Of a DNA stretch of 64,000 bases, positions 11,443 through 20,164 are shown piece after piece. A program made the translations under genes and the position numbers. Position 1 is the first letter of the stretch. Each line of letters starts with the position of its first letter. Origin of the DNA: Syntrophorhabdaceae bacterium (GTDB taxonomy: Bacteria > Desulfobacterota > Syntrophorhabdia > Syntrophorhabdales > Syntrophorhabdaceae); the NCBI GenBank assembly GCA_963665295.1, contig OY762209.1, forward strand, positions 4,128,001 through 4,192,000, written 5' to 3'. The notes below the pieces were generated by a model. It saw nothing but the letters and a program-made list of their open reading frames with translations. It was not told the origin of the DNA and made no database searches.

Positions 11443-11961
11443 CTAATTTAGAAAAGATTTTAGTTTTTCGCCTAACAGGGTGTGAGATACCCCGCTGCAC
11501 CGGCACTCCTCGTAATTCCTGTTGCCGCCGCACGTTTCGCACAATCCCTTGCAATCTTCCTTGCAGACCGGTTTGATGGGTATACTAAGCATAAGTTCTT
11601 CGTACACAAACGGGTCCAGGTCGATCTCATCACCCTCATAATAGTAAATATCGAGGTCCTCACCCGTCAGCTCCAACTCCGATGCCGACGGCATGAGCGC
11701 TTTCGGTGCAAGTTCTATATCAAGAAAGGTTTCCACAGGTAACGTAAATTCTTCCAGGCACTTGCTGCATGTCAGGGTCAGGGTGCATGCAATCCGTCCC
11801 TTCACGACTATTATGCCGCCGTTCTTTCCGGCCGTAAGCTCATAATTCGCGGGTCTAAGAAAAGCAACGTCGCCGTATCCTTCCATGTCCCGGAGTTTCG
11901 AAGCCTCTATCGCCCCTTCCACTACTGCCCGGTCTTCTATGTCAGAAACCTTGATAATCAT
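11443..11961 (-). CDS. yceD: DUF177 / YceD family protein
   Basis: CSKCL and C-terminal PVCKEDCKGLCETCG; canonical position before rpmF. Confidence 0.9.
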   Translation of the reverse strand: MIIKVSDIEDRAVVEGAIEASKLRDMEGYGDVAFLRPANYELTAGKNGGIIVVKGRIACTLTLTCSKCLEEFTLPVETFLDIELAPKALMPSASELELTGEDLDIYYYEGDEIDLDPFVYEELMLSIPIKPVCKEDCKGLCETCGGNRNYEECRCSGVSHTLLGEKLKSFLN

Positions 11962-11982
11962 CGAACCCCTTTAAAGTTTGAT

Positions 11983-12011
11983 AATATAATGGGTTTACCC
12001 TTGCTTGTCAA
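11983..12011 (-). promoter_or_regulatory. Sigma70-type promoter of the yceD-rpmF-plsX-fab-rib superoperon
   Basis: Minus strand TTGACA (12011-12006), 17 nt, TATATT (11988-11983), then AAAGGGG RBS and ATG at 11961. Confidence 0.8.
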
Positions 12012-12015
12012 GCAA
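12001..12015. promoter_or_regulatory. Palindromic candidate operator overlapping the -35 hexamer
   Basis: TTGCTTG-t-CAAGCAA, a perfect 7-bp inverted repeat containing the -35. Confidence 0.45.
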
Positions 12016-12089
12016 ATTAACCCGTTGTAACCGTTGCCTTTTCCCGAAAATTGCCCACGAGGAAACCAAAACGGCGCCCACCTATGTCC

Positions 12090-12356
12090 TCAAAATCTCT
12101 CCGGGCTTTCGGCCATCCTCGACTCGAATTCACCTTCGCTGACGGGGATGGAAACAACTTTTCTCTTATCTTTCTCGCCTTTCAGTATCTTCACGTCTGA
12201 TTTTCTCACCCCGAAGACCTCGGCGAGAAAGCCCGCAAGTTCCTCATTGGCTTTGCCGTCTCTCGGAAGGGAGATCAGCTTTACCTTCAGCCCGGCCCCT
12301 TCCTTTTTGATTTCCTTCTTCTTTGCCCTGGTGACGACCTTGATCTCCACGTTCAT
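12090..12356 (-). CDS. yggU: DUF167 / YggU family protein
   Basis: P.DGKANEEL..FLA..FGV.KS.V.I..GE..KRK; adjacent to yggT. Confidence 0.85.
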   Translation of the reverse strand: MNVEIKVVTRAKKKEIKKEGAGLKVKLISLPRDGKANEELAGFLAEVFGVRKSDVKILKGEKDKRKVVSIPVSEGEFESRMAESPERF

Positions 12357-12389
12357 GCCGTTATGTCTTCCCGATATTGCCTCATGTCC

Positions 12390-12689
12390 TTACCTCAGTC
12401 TCACGGCGAGATCGAAAAGACTGGCCACCACGAACTTCTGGAGAAAAATAACTATCAATATAATAATGAAAGGCGCCACGTCAAACATGCCTATCCTGGT
12501 GGGAAATATCCTGGATATCCGGTACGTCACAGGGTCCACGACCCCGTAGATGATCCGGACGAGAGGGTTGTACGGGTTGGGCCTTATCCATGAGAGGATG
12601 GTCCTTATAATCACCACCCACAGGTACATTTCAAGCAGTATATTCATCACATATGCTGCGCCGTTCAAAAAATTTCCAACAATGAACAT
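12390..12689 (-). CDS. yggT: YggT family membrane protein
   Basis: ILSWIRPNPYNPLV...DP motif, hydrophobic; start MFIVGNF after GGAGGT. Confidence 0.88.
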   Translation of the reverse strand: MFIVGNFLNGAAYVMNILLEMYLWVVIIRTILSWIRPNPYNPLVRIIYGVVDPVTYRISRIFPTRIGMFDVAPFIIILIVIFLQKFVVASLFDLAVRLR

Positions 12690-12734
12690 CAAACCTCCCA
12701 TATCAGGACATGAATGGAAAGGGGTCCGGGACGG

Positions 12735-14006
12735 TTAGCCCCCGCATACCTCGCCCATTACCGCGACTCCCTGTATTTCCTTTATTTTAACTTTGACCAG
12801 ATTATTTTCAAGACTTTTTTTGTATGGAACAAGAACGGGGATGTAGTTTTCCGTATAACCTCTCAGGTATGCCCCTTTATAAACCTTACTTTCAGGGATG
12901 ATCCATGCCTCGCTCCCGAGAAACCGCCCGTAGAACTCCTCCCTCTTTCTTGCGTCAAGTCTTTTGAGTGTGGATACCCTCTGTTTCTTTACCTCAACCG
13001 GCACCTTTGCCTCCATGACGGCAGCCGGAGTGCCGGGCCTGGCTGAAAAAGGAAACACGTGAAGATAATATATATCAAGAGAGTCAATGAGCGAATAAGT
13101 GGCCGCGAACGATTCTTCGTCCTCGGAAGGAAACCCGGCTATCACATCCATTCCTATGCCCACCCCTTCAATTCCCCTCACCAGCCGCTCAACTGTCTCC
13201 CTTATGTAATCACCCGTATAGTTTCTTCCCATCTTCTTCAATATCCTGTCGGACCCGCTCTGAAGAGGAATGTGGACGCTCTTCGCGATCTTGCGTGAAT
13301 GCGCCATAATTTCGATGAATTCATCATCGAGGTACAGGGGATCGACTGAACTGAGCCTTATTCGCGGGGGGGTCTCGCTCTCCTCCATGAGTCTGAGTAT
13401 TGCCCTCAGGTCCGCGCCCGTTTCTCCGTCCCGGTAAGCGGAGATCTCGATACCCGTGAGAACAACTTCCTTTACGCCCCACCTCGCAAGATCTCTCAGG
13501 GTTTCCATGACCTCCGGCACCGGTCTGCTTCTGGGCCTGCCCCTGCCGAGAGGGACCACGCAGTAGGAGCAAAAATGATCGCAACCGTCTTGTATCTTGA
13601 AGAAGAAACGTGTCTTTCCCTTTGGGAGACTGCGTATCCTGCCTTTCTCGATAGGGGAATCCTTTTCGGGAGAAACAAATGACCCTTCCTTCCCCAGGTA
13701 TTCCTCAATCCTGAATTTCTCGGTCCGGCCCAGGACCGTCTGGGCCCCGAAATTCTTATCAGGGTATACCTGGCCGTGACATCCGGTCAGTATGACCCGG
13801 GCATCAATGTTTTGACTGCCGAGCCTCCCCATGAACCTCCGCAGGTCCCGCTCCGCCCCGTCCGTTACTGCGCACGCGTTCACCACGATTATATCGGCGT
13901 CAGCCAGGGGGCCGGCGCAGTGGCCGGCGTCCTCGAGCCTGTTCATGATGACATGGGAATCCCACTGATTTGCCTTGCAGCCTGTGGTATGGATGTAAAA
14001 TTTCAT
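12735..14006 (-). CDS. mtaB: tRNA methylthiotransferase, MtaB-type radical SAM enzyme
   Basis: GCKANQWDS, NACAVT, TGC (N-terminal cluster); QDGCDHFCSYC; LHVFPFSARPGT. Confidence 0.88.
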   Translation of the reverse strand: MKFYIHTTGCKANQWDSHVIMNRLEDAGHCAGPLADADIIVVNACAVTDGAERDLRRFMGRLGSQNIDARVILTGCHGQVYPDKNFGAQTVLGRTEKFRIEEYLGKEGSFVSPEKDSPIEKGRIRSLPKGKTRFFFKIQDGCDHFCSYCVVPLGRGRPRSRPVPEVMETLRDLARWGVKEVVLTGIEISAYRDGETGADLRAILRLMEESETPPRIRLSSVDPLYLDDEFIEIMAHSRKIAKSVHIPLQSGSDRILKKMGRNYTGDYIRETVERLVRGIEGVGIGMDVIAGFPSEDEESFAATYSLIDSLDIYYLHVFPFSARPGTPAAVMEAKVPVEVKKQRVSTLKRLDARKREEFYGRFLGSEAWIIPESKVYKGAYLRGYTENYIPVLVPYKKSLENNLVKVKIKEIQGVAVMGEVCGG

Positions 14007-14094
14007 CGAGACGGTCCTTCATTTGTATGGCATGGATCTCTGCGATTTCCGGATACGCCTTCACTGAAAACGCATCGGGTTCATCGCAAGACCG

Positions 14095-15255
14095 TTACTT
14101 TTCATAGAGAGGTGACATGGCCCGCAGTCTTTCCACTACACCGGGGATAACCGAGAGGGCGTAATCTATATCCTCCTCCGTATTATCCTTGCCGAGACTG
14201 AAGCGGACCGCGCTCTGACACAGTATTGCCGGTATGCCCATGGCAGTGAGTACTGGTGAAGGCTCGGAAGAACCCGAGGAACACGCGGAACCCGAAGAGA
14301 CTGCAATTCCATTCATATCCAGGGCAATAACCAGGGACTCCCCCTCCGCGCCCTCGAAACTCAGATTGAGTGTGTTGGGCAATCTCCGGTCAGGATCCCC
14401 ATTCAGCGTCACCTTGTCCACGCGCCCCATAATACCCTCAACCAGTCTGCGCCTCAGGGACTCTATTCTCGCGTTCCGTCGGTCCATCTCGTTCCGCGCA
14501 AGCTCGCACGCTTTGCCGAAAGCCACTATGCCGACCATGTTCTCAGTGCCCGCTCTTCGCGAGGACTCCTGATGTCCGCCGTGGACAAGAGCGTCCAATT
14601 CGACGCCGCCCCTTATAAAGAGGGCCCCGACGCCTTTGGGCGCATATATCTTATGACCCGAGAAACTGGCGAGGTCGACGTTGAGGGCTTCCATATCACA
14701 CGGGATCTTGCCCAGGGCCTGCACCATATCGGAGTGAAACAGAATGCCCCGTTCCCTCGCGATCTCTCCGATCTCCTTTATGGGCATCACGGTTCCCGTC
14801 TCATTATTCGCATACATGACGGTAATCAGTACCGTCTCCTTCCGTATAGCCTCCCTCACTTCCTCGGCTTCCACACGACCGTTTCGGTCAACGGAAAGGT
14901 AAGTAACGATATATCCCTGTGATTCTAAATACTTACATGAATTAAGGACTGCAGGATGTTCTACAGTGGTTGTAATTATATGATTTCCTTCACTTTTTCT
15001 TGAATAGGCCACGCCTTTCACGGCATGGTTGTCACTTTCGGACCCGCAACTTGTGAAGACGACCTCCCCGGGGTCCGCGTGAATCATCGCAGCCACCTGC
15101 TCCTTCGCTAATTCATGACAACCTCGTGTCTCTCTTCCCGCCCAGTGGAGGCTCGATGGGTTTCCAAACAGCTCCTCAAGAAAAGGCCGCATCGACGCGG
15201 CGACCTCAGGATCGACAGGAGTGGTCGCATTATAGTCGAAATAAACCCTTCGCAT
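14095..15255 (-). CDS. nifS: Cysteine desulfurase (NifS/IscS group I)
   Basis: YFDYNATTP, SGHKIYAPKG (PLP Lys), SSGSACSS (catalytic Cys); true start MRRVYF at 15255. Confidence 0.93.
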   Translation of the reverse strand: MRRVYFDYNATTPVDPEVAASMRPFLEELFGNPSSLHWAGRETRGCHELAKEQVAAMIHADPGEVVFTSCGSESDNHAVKGVAYSRKSEGNHIITTTVEHPAVLNSCKYLESQGYIVTYLSVDRNGRVEAEEVREAIRKETVLITVMYANNETGTVMPIKEIGEIARERGILFHSDMVQALGKIPCDMEALNVDLASFSGHKIYAPKGVGALFIRGGVELDALVHGGHQESSRRAGTENMVGIVAFGKACELARNEMDRRNARIESLRRRLVEGIMGRVDKVTLNGDPDRRLPNTLNLSFEGAEGESLVIALDMNGIAVSSGSACSSGSSEPSPVLTAMGIPAILCQSAVRFSLGKDNTEEDIDYALSVIPGVVERLRAMSPLYEK

Positions 15256-15266
15256 GGCTCTCCCGG

Positions 15267-15674
15267 CTAATCGAAAAAGACATTCATCGCTTTGACAGGG
15301 CACACCCTGACGCACAGTTCGCATGCCACGCATTTTTCGTAGTCGAATACCACGTTCATGGTCTCCCTGTCCAGATGTAACGCCTCGGGGGCGCAGACAC
15401 TGGTGCACACGCCACAGTGAACGCACTTCGACTCATTTCTCTGGATATCCTGCTCTATCGGTTCAGTGTCGATATTAAGGCTCTTCAGATACTGGATGCC
15501 CTTCCCGAAGTTCTCCTCCGTGCCCTCTATCTCCAGCACCATCATGGATTCGGCCCTTGGAGACACGTTTGCCCTCAGAATGTTGAAAACAAGATCATAC
15601 CCTTTCGCCAGTTTGTAGACTATGGGCTTGTCTATGGTGTTTCTCTTGAACCTCAGAATTATTCTCTTTTTCAT
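15267..15674 (-). CDS. NIL domain + 2x[4Fe-4S] ferredoxin protein
   Basis: N-terminal KPIVYKL..YDLVFNILRA (NIL-like); CVHCGVCTSVC and CVACELCVRVCP. Confidence 0.88.
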   Translation of the reverse strand: MKKRIILRFKRNTIDKPIVYKLAKGYDLVFNILRANVSPRAESMMVLEIEGTEENFGKGIQYLKSLNIDTEPIEQDIQRNESKCVHCGVCTSVCAPEALHLDRETMNVVFDYEKCVACELCVRVCPVKAMNVFFD

Positions 15675-15726
15675 GCCGAACCTCACTTAATTTTGTTCCA
15701 GCCGCCCGCGCGAACGCCTTAAGCCT

Positions 15727-16449
15727 TCAAATTTTCACGATCTCCAAATCTCCCCACAACCCGATATGATCGCCGAGTATGATCAGAATACCCAAAACGC
15801 CGGGGTACTTCTTCCCTACATCAATGGCGTGGGGTATATCATCTTTCCGTTTGACAATATTGCCCACCCTCGTTGCAAGCCCATCGGCAAGAAGGGCGGA
15901 CCTCCCTACAATACACACTGCATCGGCTCTGCCGAAGCTTATGGAAGGGCCCACCGTTCCCGAAGACGTGCACACCCCGTAGGGTATGCGGTCAGGCTTG
16001 ATCCGGATTCCTATCCTTCGACTGAAAGGGGAATCCTTGGCATAGACCAGTACCACCCTTTCCCGTTTGGTCAGGAGGGCTATATCCCCCCCATTCTCTA
16101 TCATGTATTCGTCCGTAAGGGGGGTAATATCCTTCCCCACAAACTCTGCGATTGCGCCCGCCACCGTGGCCATGGGCCCAATGCCGAGGCTCGCCGAAAC
16201 ATTGATCATTTCTCTTAACAGCGCCGGAGCGAAGAGATCATCAGGGACAGGCGTCAGACTCTCACGGAATTCCGGTTTCAATCTAATGTACTCTTCCAGT
16301 TGATTTCTGTAGAAAAGCACTCTCTCCTCAATAAATCCGCTTAAGTCTTCTCCTGTGCAACAGAACAAGTCTGTTTCCTTGATCTTCACCTCATAACACT
16401 TGAGGTCACGGGGTCTTGAAATACCCCTGTAGAATCTCTCCTCGTACAT
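15727..16449 (-). CDS. UPF0280 / ApbE-like (COG2122) protein
   Basis: GPMATVAGAIAE, ENGGDI, CTSSGTVGPSISFGRADA, LADGLAT; start MYEERFY at 16449. Confidence 0.88.
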   Translation of the reverse strand: MYEERFYRGISRPRDLKCYEVKIKETDLFCCTGEDLSGFIEERVLFYRNQLEEYIRLKPEFRESLTPVPDDLFAPALLREMINVSASLGIGPMATVAGAIAEFVGKDITPLTDEYMIENGGDIALLTKRERVVLVYAKDSPFSRRIGIRIKPDRIPYGVCTSSGTVGPSISFGRADAVCIVGRSALLADGLATRVGNIVKRKDDIPHAIDVGKKYPGVLGILIILGDHIGLWGDLEIVKI

Positions 16450-16450
16450 A

Positions 16451-16626
16451 AAATCCCTGTCCCCGGACGAAGCCCTCCAGGATCGCAGGTTCGGACTTCG
16501 AAGCACCTCCTATGCCGCCCATCACATGAAGCCGGAATTGATGAGCCGGATACTCACGGTGTCCCGGCCGCTACGTTGTCAAAATATGCGGCCCACCTTC
16601 GCGAATCCTTTTGAACATGAGGACTT
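16451..16626 (-). ncRNA. ssrS: 6S RNA
   Basis: About 176-nt rod: 5' AAGUCCUcaUGUUC pairs with 3' GGACAGGGAUUU; AGGAU/AUCCU, CGC/GCG, AGGU/ACCU, GGGC/GUCC helices; central bubble (CGCAUAUUUUGACAA); apical stem; consensus promoter directly upstream. Confidence 0.75.
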
Positions 16627-16627
16627 A

Positions 16628-16656
16628 AATATATCAATCCTGACTTTATCTGTCAA
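16628..16656 (-). promoter_or_regulatory. Sigma70 promoter of the 6S RNA / downstream cluster
   Basis: TTGACA (16656-16651), 17 nt, TATATT (16633-16628) with extended -10 TGn. Confidence 0.82.
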
Positions 16657-16739
16657 ATAAAAGGACCTATTCCTTCCCGGCTACAATTTCTCGTAAAATA
16701 GGATATACTTGTATCAGTGACACCCGGGAGACAGACACT

Positions 16740-19700
16740 ATGAATTATGACCACGGGGGCAACAAGGGCGGGGAGGACCCTCTGCGCGATCTCGCCGAGT
16801 CGAACCGGCGGGTCAATGAACTGGAGAAGATAGAGAAGGACCGTGCCTGCGCGCACGAGCAGATACTCAAAGTGAATGCAGTAAAGGAAGGCCTCATCGG
16901 CCCCGGAAATCCTGGAGAAAAACTCTCCCGCGTGGCTGAGGCAATGGCGGAAATCTTTGACGCCTCCCTGGCTCGGATATGGATTGCAGGCGCAGCCGAT
17001 CTATGCAACAAAGGCTGCCCTTGCAGGGTACCGGACGCAAATCCCGACTCGTGCCGGGGGCGCACCCGCTGTCTTCATCTCGTGGCGTATTCGGACGCCG
17101 GTTGCACCCGTGCCGACGACAGGCACTTACGGATGCCCTCCGACGGCAACGAGATTCAATACCTCATATCAGGAACGGAGTTCGGGTCTTCTGCAGACAC
17201 CACTAACGTCTTCCCTCTCTCCGACCATCTATGGACCGGAACCCTGGGCTTGACTTCGTGCGCGGCACACAGGCTTTTTTCCCGGTCAGGCACGGCCGTA
17301 GGCATCATTGCCATCTTTGCCTCACGGGCGATGAATTCCCTGGAAGTGTCGCTCTTCAAGGACTTTGCCACCTTCACTTCTCTGCTTGTCCAGTTGGGAG
17401 AGGCCGAGGAGAAGGATTTACCCGAAGGCCACGAAACATACCGGAGCATCTTCGAGAATGCGGTTGTGGGCGCCTTTCAGGGCACGCCTCAGGGGAAATT
17501 CATCCAGGTGAACCCGGCATTCGCACGTATGCATGGATATTCATCTCCCGAGGAGATGATAGACGCGGTGAGCGGTATCGAGGAGGATCTATGCGCAAAT
17601 CCTCCCGAAGGGAGACATCTGCGGCACATCCTTCAAACAGACGGGGTTGTGGAGAATTTCGAGATGCGGGTTGTAAGAGGGGACGGTGTCCCGATCTGGA
17701 CATCGATCAGCGCCAGGGCGGTGAAAGACCTCACAGGCAAGGTGCTCCGCTTCGAAGGCACCGTAGTCGATATATCAGATCGCAAGTATGCGGAGGCAGC
17801 CCTGAAGGAGAGAGAGGGCATCCTATGGGCGCTGGTCAACGCTGTTCAGGAGACTTTGATGCTTCTCGGCCCGGACGGTACGGTCCTGTTGGCCAACGAG
17901 ATACTCGCCCGGAGATTGGGCACCACGCCTCAGGAACTCATCGGCTCCAACCTTTACGATCATCTGCCCCCTGAGGTCGCACAATTTCGCAGGAAACAGT
18001 TTGAATGGGTTGCCGCCATGGGAGAATCGGTCCATTTCACTGATGTGAGAAAAGGCAGGCACTACGAAACGCACGCGTACCCCGTCTTCGGCGAAGGGAA
18101 AGTGACAGCCGTGGCCGTGTTCGCCTATGACATAACCGAGCGGGGACAGTCCGAGCAGAGACTCCTGGAGTCAGAGGAGCGTTACCGCGTGGCAACGGAA
18201 CAGTCCAATGACGGGGTTGTCATCCTCAGAGGTAACGAGCGTCTTTACTATAACCGGAAGTATCTGGAAATGCTCGGCTACGAACCTGAAGAACTTGCGG
18301 GGACATCTCCTTTCTCCACCGTCCATCCGGGTGACAGACAGATGGTGGTTGAGAACGCAAGACGGAGACAAAAAGGGGAAAGTGTCCCGTCAAAATATGA
18401 ATGCAGGATGATAAGAAAGGACGGCTCCGAATTTCATGTTGAAATCTCGGCATCCACCATCATTTACGACGGCGCTCCGGCATCGCTCGGGTATATCCGG
18501 GACGTTACTTTCCGAAAACACGTGGAGGAAACGCTCCACGAATCGGAGCTAAAATACCGGAGCGTGGTAGAGAGTTCTCTCGTGGGCTTCTATCTGATAC
18601 AGGATGACCTGTTCCGCTTCGTCAATCAGCGCTTTTGTGAAATATTCGGATTCACCCACGATGAAATCGTGGACAAACTCGGCCCTCTGGATCTCGCTCA
18701 CCCCGATGACAGGGCCCTCATCAAAGAAAACCTCCTGAAGAGACTGACCGGCGAGAAGGACCGCATCGAGTATGAATTCAGAGGCTTCAGAAAGGACCGT
18801 AAGCCCATCACCGTCAAGGTGTTCGGCGGTTGCCTCACCTACCGGGGAAAGATAGCCGCCGTCGGTACCCTTATGGACACTACAAGAGAAAACATGCTTG
18901 AATCGCAACTTCGCCAGTCTCAAAAGATGGAGGCCATAGGTATCCTCACCGGTGGCATCGCCCACGATTTCAATAACATCCTGACTGCAATCATCGGATA
19001 CGGTACTCTCCTCAGAATGCAGATAGGGGACCGGGATGTCCTGAGATTGTATGTGGACGACATCCTGTCGTCCTCGGAGAAAGCCGCCGCCCTCACTCAG
19101 GCGCTCCTCGCTTTCAGCAGGCAGCAGCCGGTAAGCCTGGCGCCTGTGGACCTGAACGAACTGGTAAAAGGAACGGTAGCCCTCCTGGGACGACTGCTCA
19201 CGGAAGATATAGCTATGGATACTTCTCTGGCTCCGGAAAAGATCGTCATAATGGCGGATGCGAGCCGCATAGACCAGATATTGATCAATCTCGCCACGAA
19301 TGCGCGGGATGCGATGCAAAACGGCGGGACCCTGACGGTGGAGACGAAACGCGTGCAGTTGGATAGTGAATTCATTCATTTCCACGGGTATGGTGCGGAG
19401 GGATATTATGCCTTGATCACGGTAATCGATACCGGCTCCGGAATGGACGCTCAAACGAGAGAGCGAATATTCGATCCCTTCTTTACCACCAAGCCGGTAG
19501 GGAAAGGCACCGGCCTCGGTCTGTCCACCGTGTACGGGATTGTAAAACAGCATGACGGGTATATCAATGTATACAGCGAACCCGGGCACGGTACGACCTT
19601 CAACATCTATTTCCCTGTCGCATCTCCGGAATATGTCGAAATAGACGGACCCCGCCCCGAAGCAAGAGGTGGAACCGAAACAATCCTCGTTGCGGAAGAC

Positions 19701-20036
19701 GATAAGGACGTAAGACGCTACGTCGTGGAAATACTCGTGAAGCATGGGTATCGCGTTATTGAGGCTATCGACGGTCAGGATGCCATCGACAAGTTCAGAG
19801 AGCATCACCGGATCGATCTTGTCCTTATCGACTCTGTCATGCCGAGACGAAACGGAAGAGAAGCGTACGATGAAATAAGGCGCATGGCTCCCCATGTCAA
19901 GGCAGTCTTCACGAGTGGATACACAAGGGACGTAATCCTCGACAAGGGTATCGGAGACAGGGAATTCGAATTCATATCTAAGCCCCTCCTACCCCACGCC
20001 CTTCTCGCCAAGGTCAGAGAAGTGCTCGACAAATAA
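16740..20036 (+). CDS. Hybrid sensor histidine kinase (Cys-rich GAF-like, about 4 PAS, HisKA, HATPase, REC)
   Basis: Repeated PAS/PAC units, GGIAHDFNNIL H-box, NLATNARDAM, DTGSGM, FFTTK, GTGLGL, C-terminal receiver. Confidence 0.93.
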   Translation: MNYDHGGNKGGEDPLRDLAESNRRVNELEKIEKDRACAHEQILKVNAVKEGLIGPGNPGEKLSRVAEAMAEIFDASLARIWIAGAADLCNKGCPCRVPDANPDSCRGRTRCLHLVAYSDAGCTRADDRHLRMPSDGNEIQYLISGTEFGSSADTTNVFPLSDHLWTGTLGLTSCAAHRLFSRSGTAVGIIAIFASRAMNSLEVSLFKDFATFTSLLVQLGEAEEKDLPEGHETYRSIFENAVVGAFQGTPQGKFIQVNPAFARMHGYSSPEEMIDAVSGIEEDLCANPPEGRHLRHILQTDGVVENFEMRVVRGDGVPIWTSISARAVKDLTGKVLRFEGTVVDISDRKYAEAALKEREGILWALVNAVQETLMLLGPDGTVLLANEILARRLGTTPQELIGSNLYDHLPPEVAQFRRKQFEWVAAMGESVHFTDVRKGRHYETHAYPVFGEGKVTAVAVFAYDITERGQSEQRLLESEERYRVATEQSNDGVVILRGNERLYYNRKYLEMLGYEPEELAGTSPFSTVHPGDRQMVVENARRRQKGESVPSKYECRMIRKDGSEFHVEISASTIIYDGAPASLGYIRDVTFRKHVEETLHESELKYRSVVESSLVGFYLIQDDLFRFVNQRFCEIFGFTHDEIVDKLGPLDLAHPDDRALIKENLLKRLTGEKDRIEYEFRGFRKDRKPITVKVFGGCLTYRGKIAAVGTLMDTTRENMLESQLRQSQKMEAIGILTGGIAHDFNNILTAIIGYGTLLRMQIGDRDVLRLYVDDILSSSEKAAALTQALLAFSRQQPVSLAPVDLNELVKGTVALLGRLLTEDIAMDTSLAPEKIVIMADASRIDQILINLATNARDAMQNGGTLTVETKRVQLDSEFIHFHGYGAEGYYALITVIDTGSGMDAQTRERIFDPFFTTKPVGKGTGLGLSTVYGIVKQHDGYINVYSEPGHGTTFNIYFPVASPEYVEIDGPRPEARGGTETILVAEDDKDVRRYVVEILVKHGYRVIEAIDGQDAIDKFREHHRIDLVLIDSVMPRRNGREAYDEIRRMAPHVKAVFTSGYTRDVILDKGIGDREFEFISKPLLPHALLAKVREVLDK

Positions 20037-20072
20037 CCGCGCAACCCCCCCCTTCCCCCGCGTATCCGGGGG

Positions 20073-20101
20073 TTGACAGAAGAGGGCAAAAAAACTACTC
20101 T
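20073..20101 (+). promoter_or_regulatory. Sigma70 promoter of cyclophilin gene
   Basis: TTGACA (20073-78), 17 nt, TACTCT (20096-101). Confidence 0.75.
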
Positions 20102-20107
20102 ATTTAA

Positions 20108-20164
20108 GGCAGTGCCGGGTTCCCGATCAATGGCTTTATCAGACCCGAAACCCTGACGGAACGG
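20108..20164 (+). promoter_or_regulatory. Candidate structured 5' leader (riboswitch-like; possibly DUF1646/Na+-I class)
   Basis: GGGUU(20117-21)/AACCC(20149-53) enclosing GAU-CAAUGGCUUU-AUC; fills the space between promoter and start codon; family resemblance is from memory only. Confidence 0.4.

Noticed and set aside
15256..15426. N-terminal extension of the cysteine desulfurase ORF
   Set aside because: Overlaps the ferredoxin gene in another frame; the family N-terminus and RBS point to ATG 15255.
16450..16506. N-terminal extension of the UPF0280 ORF, or a tRNA-like element (GGTTCG)
   Set aside because: Region is better explained by the 6S-like hairpin; no cloverleaf can be drawn.
18549..19895. 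448-aa minus-strand ORF, and similar long ORFs at 36086-37264, 40230-41432 and 49075-50382
   Set aside because: All lie antisense to well-supported genes and show no protein motifs.
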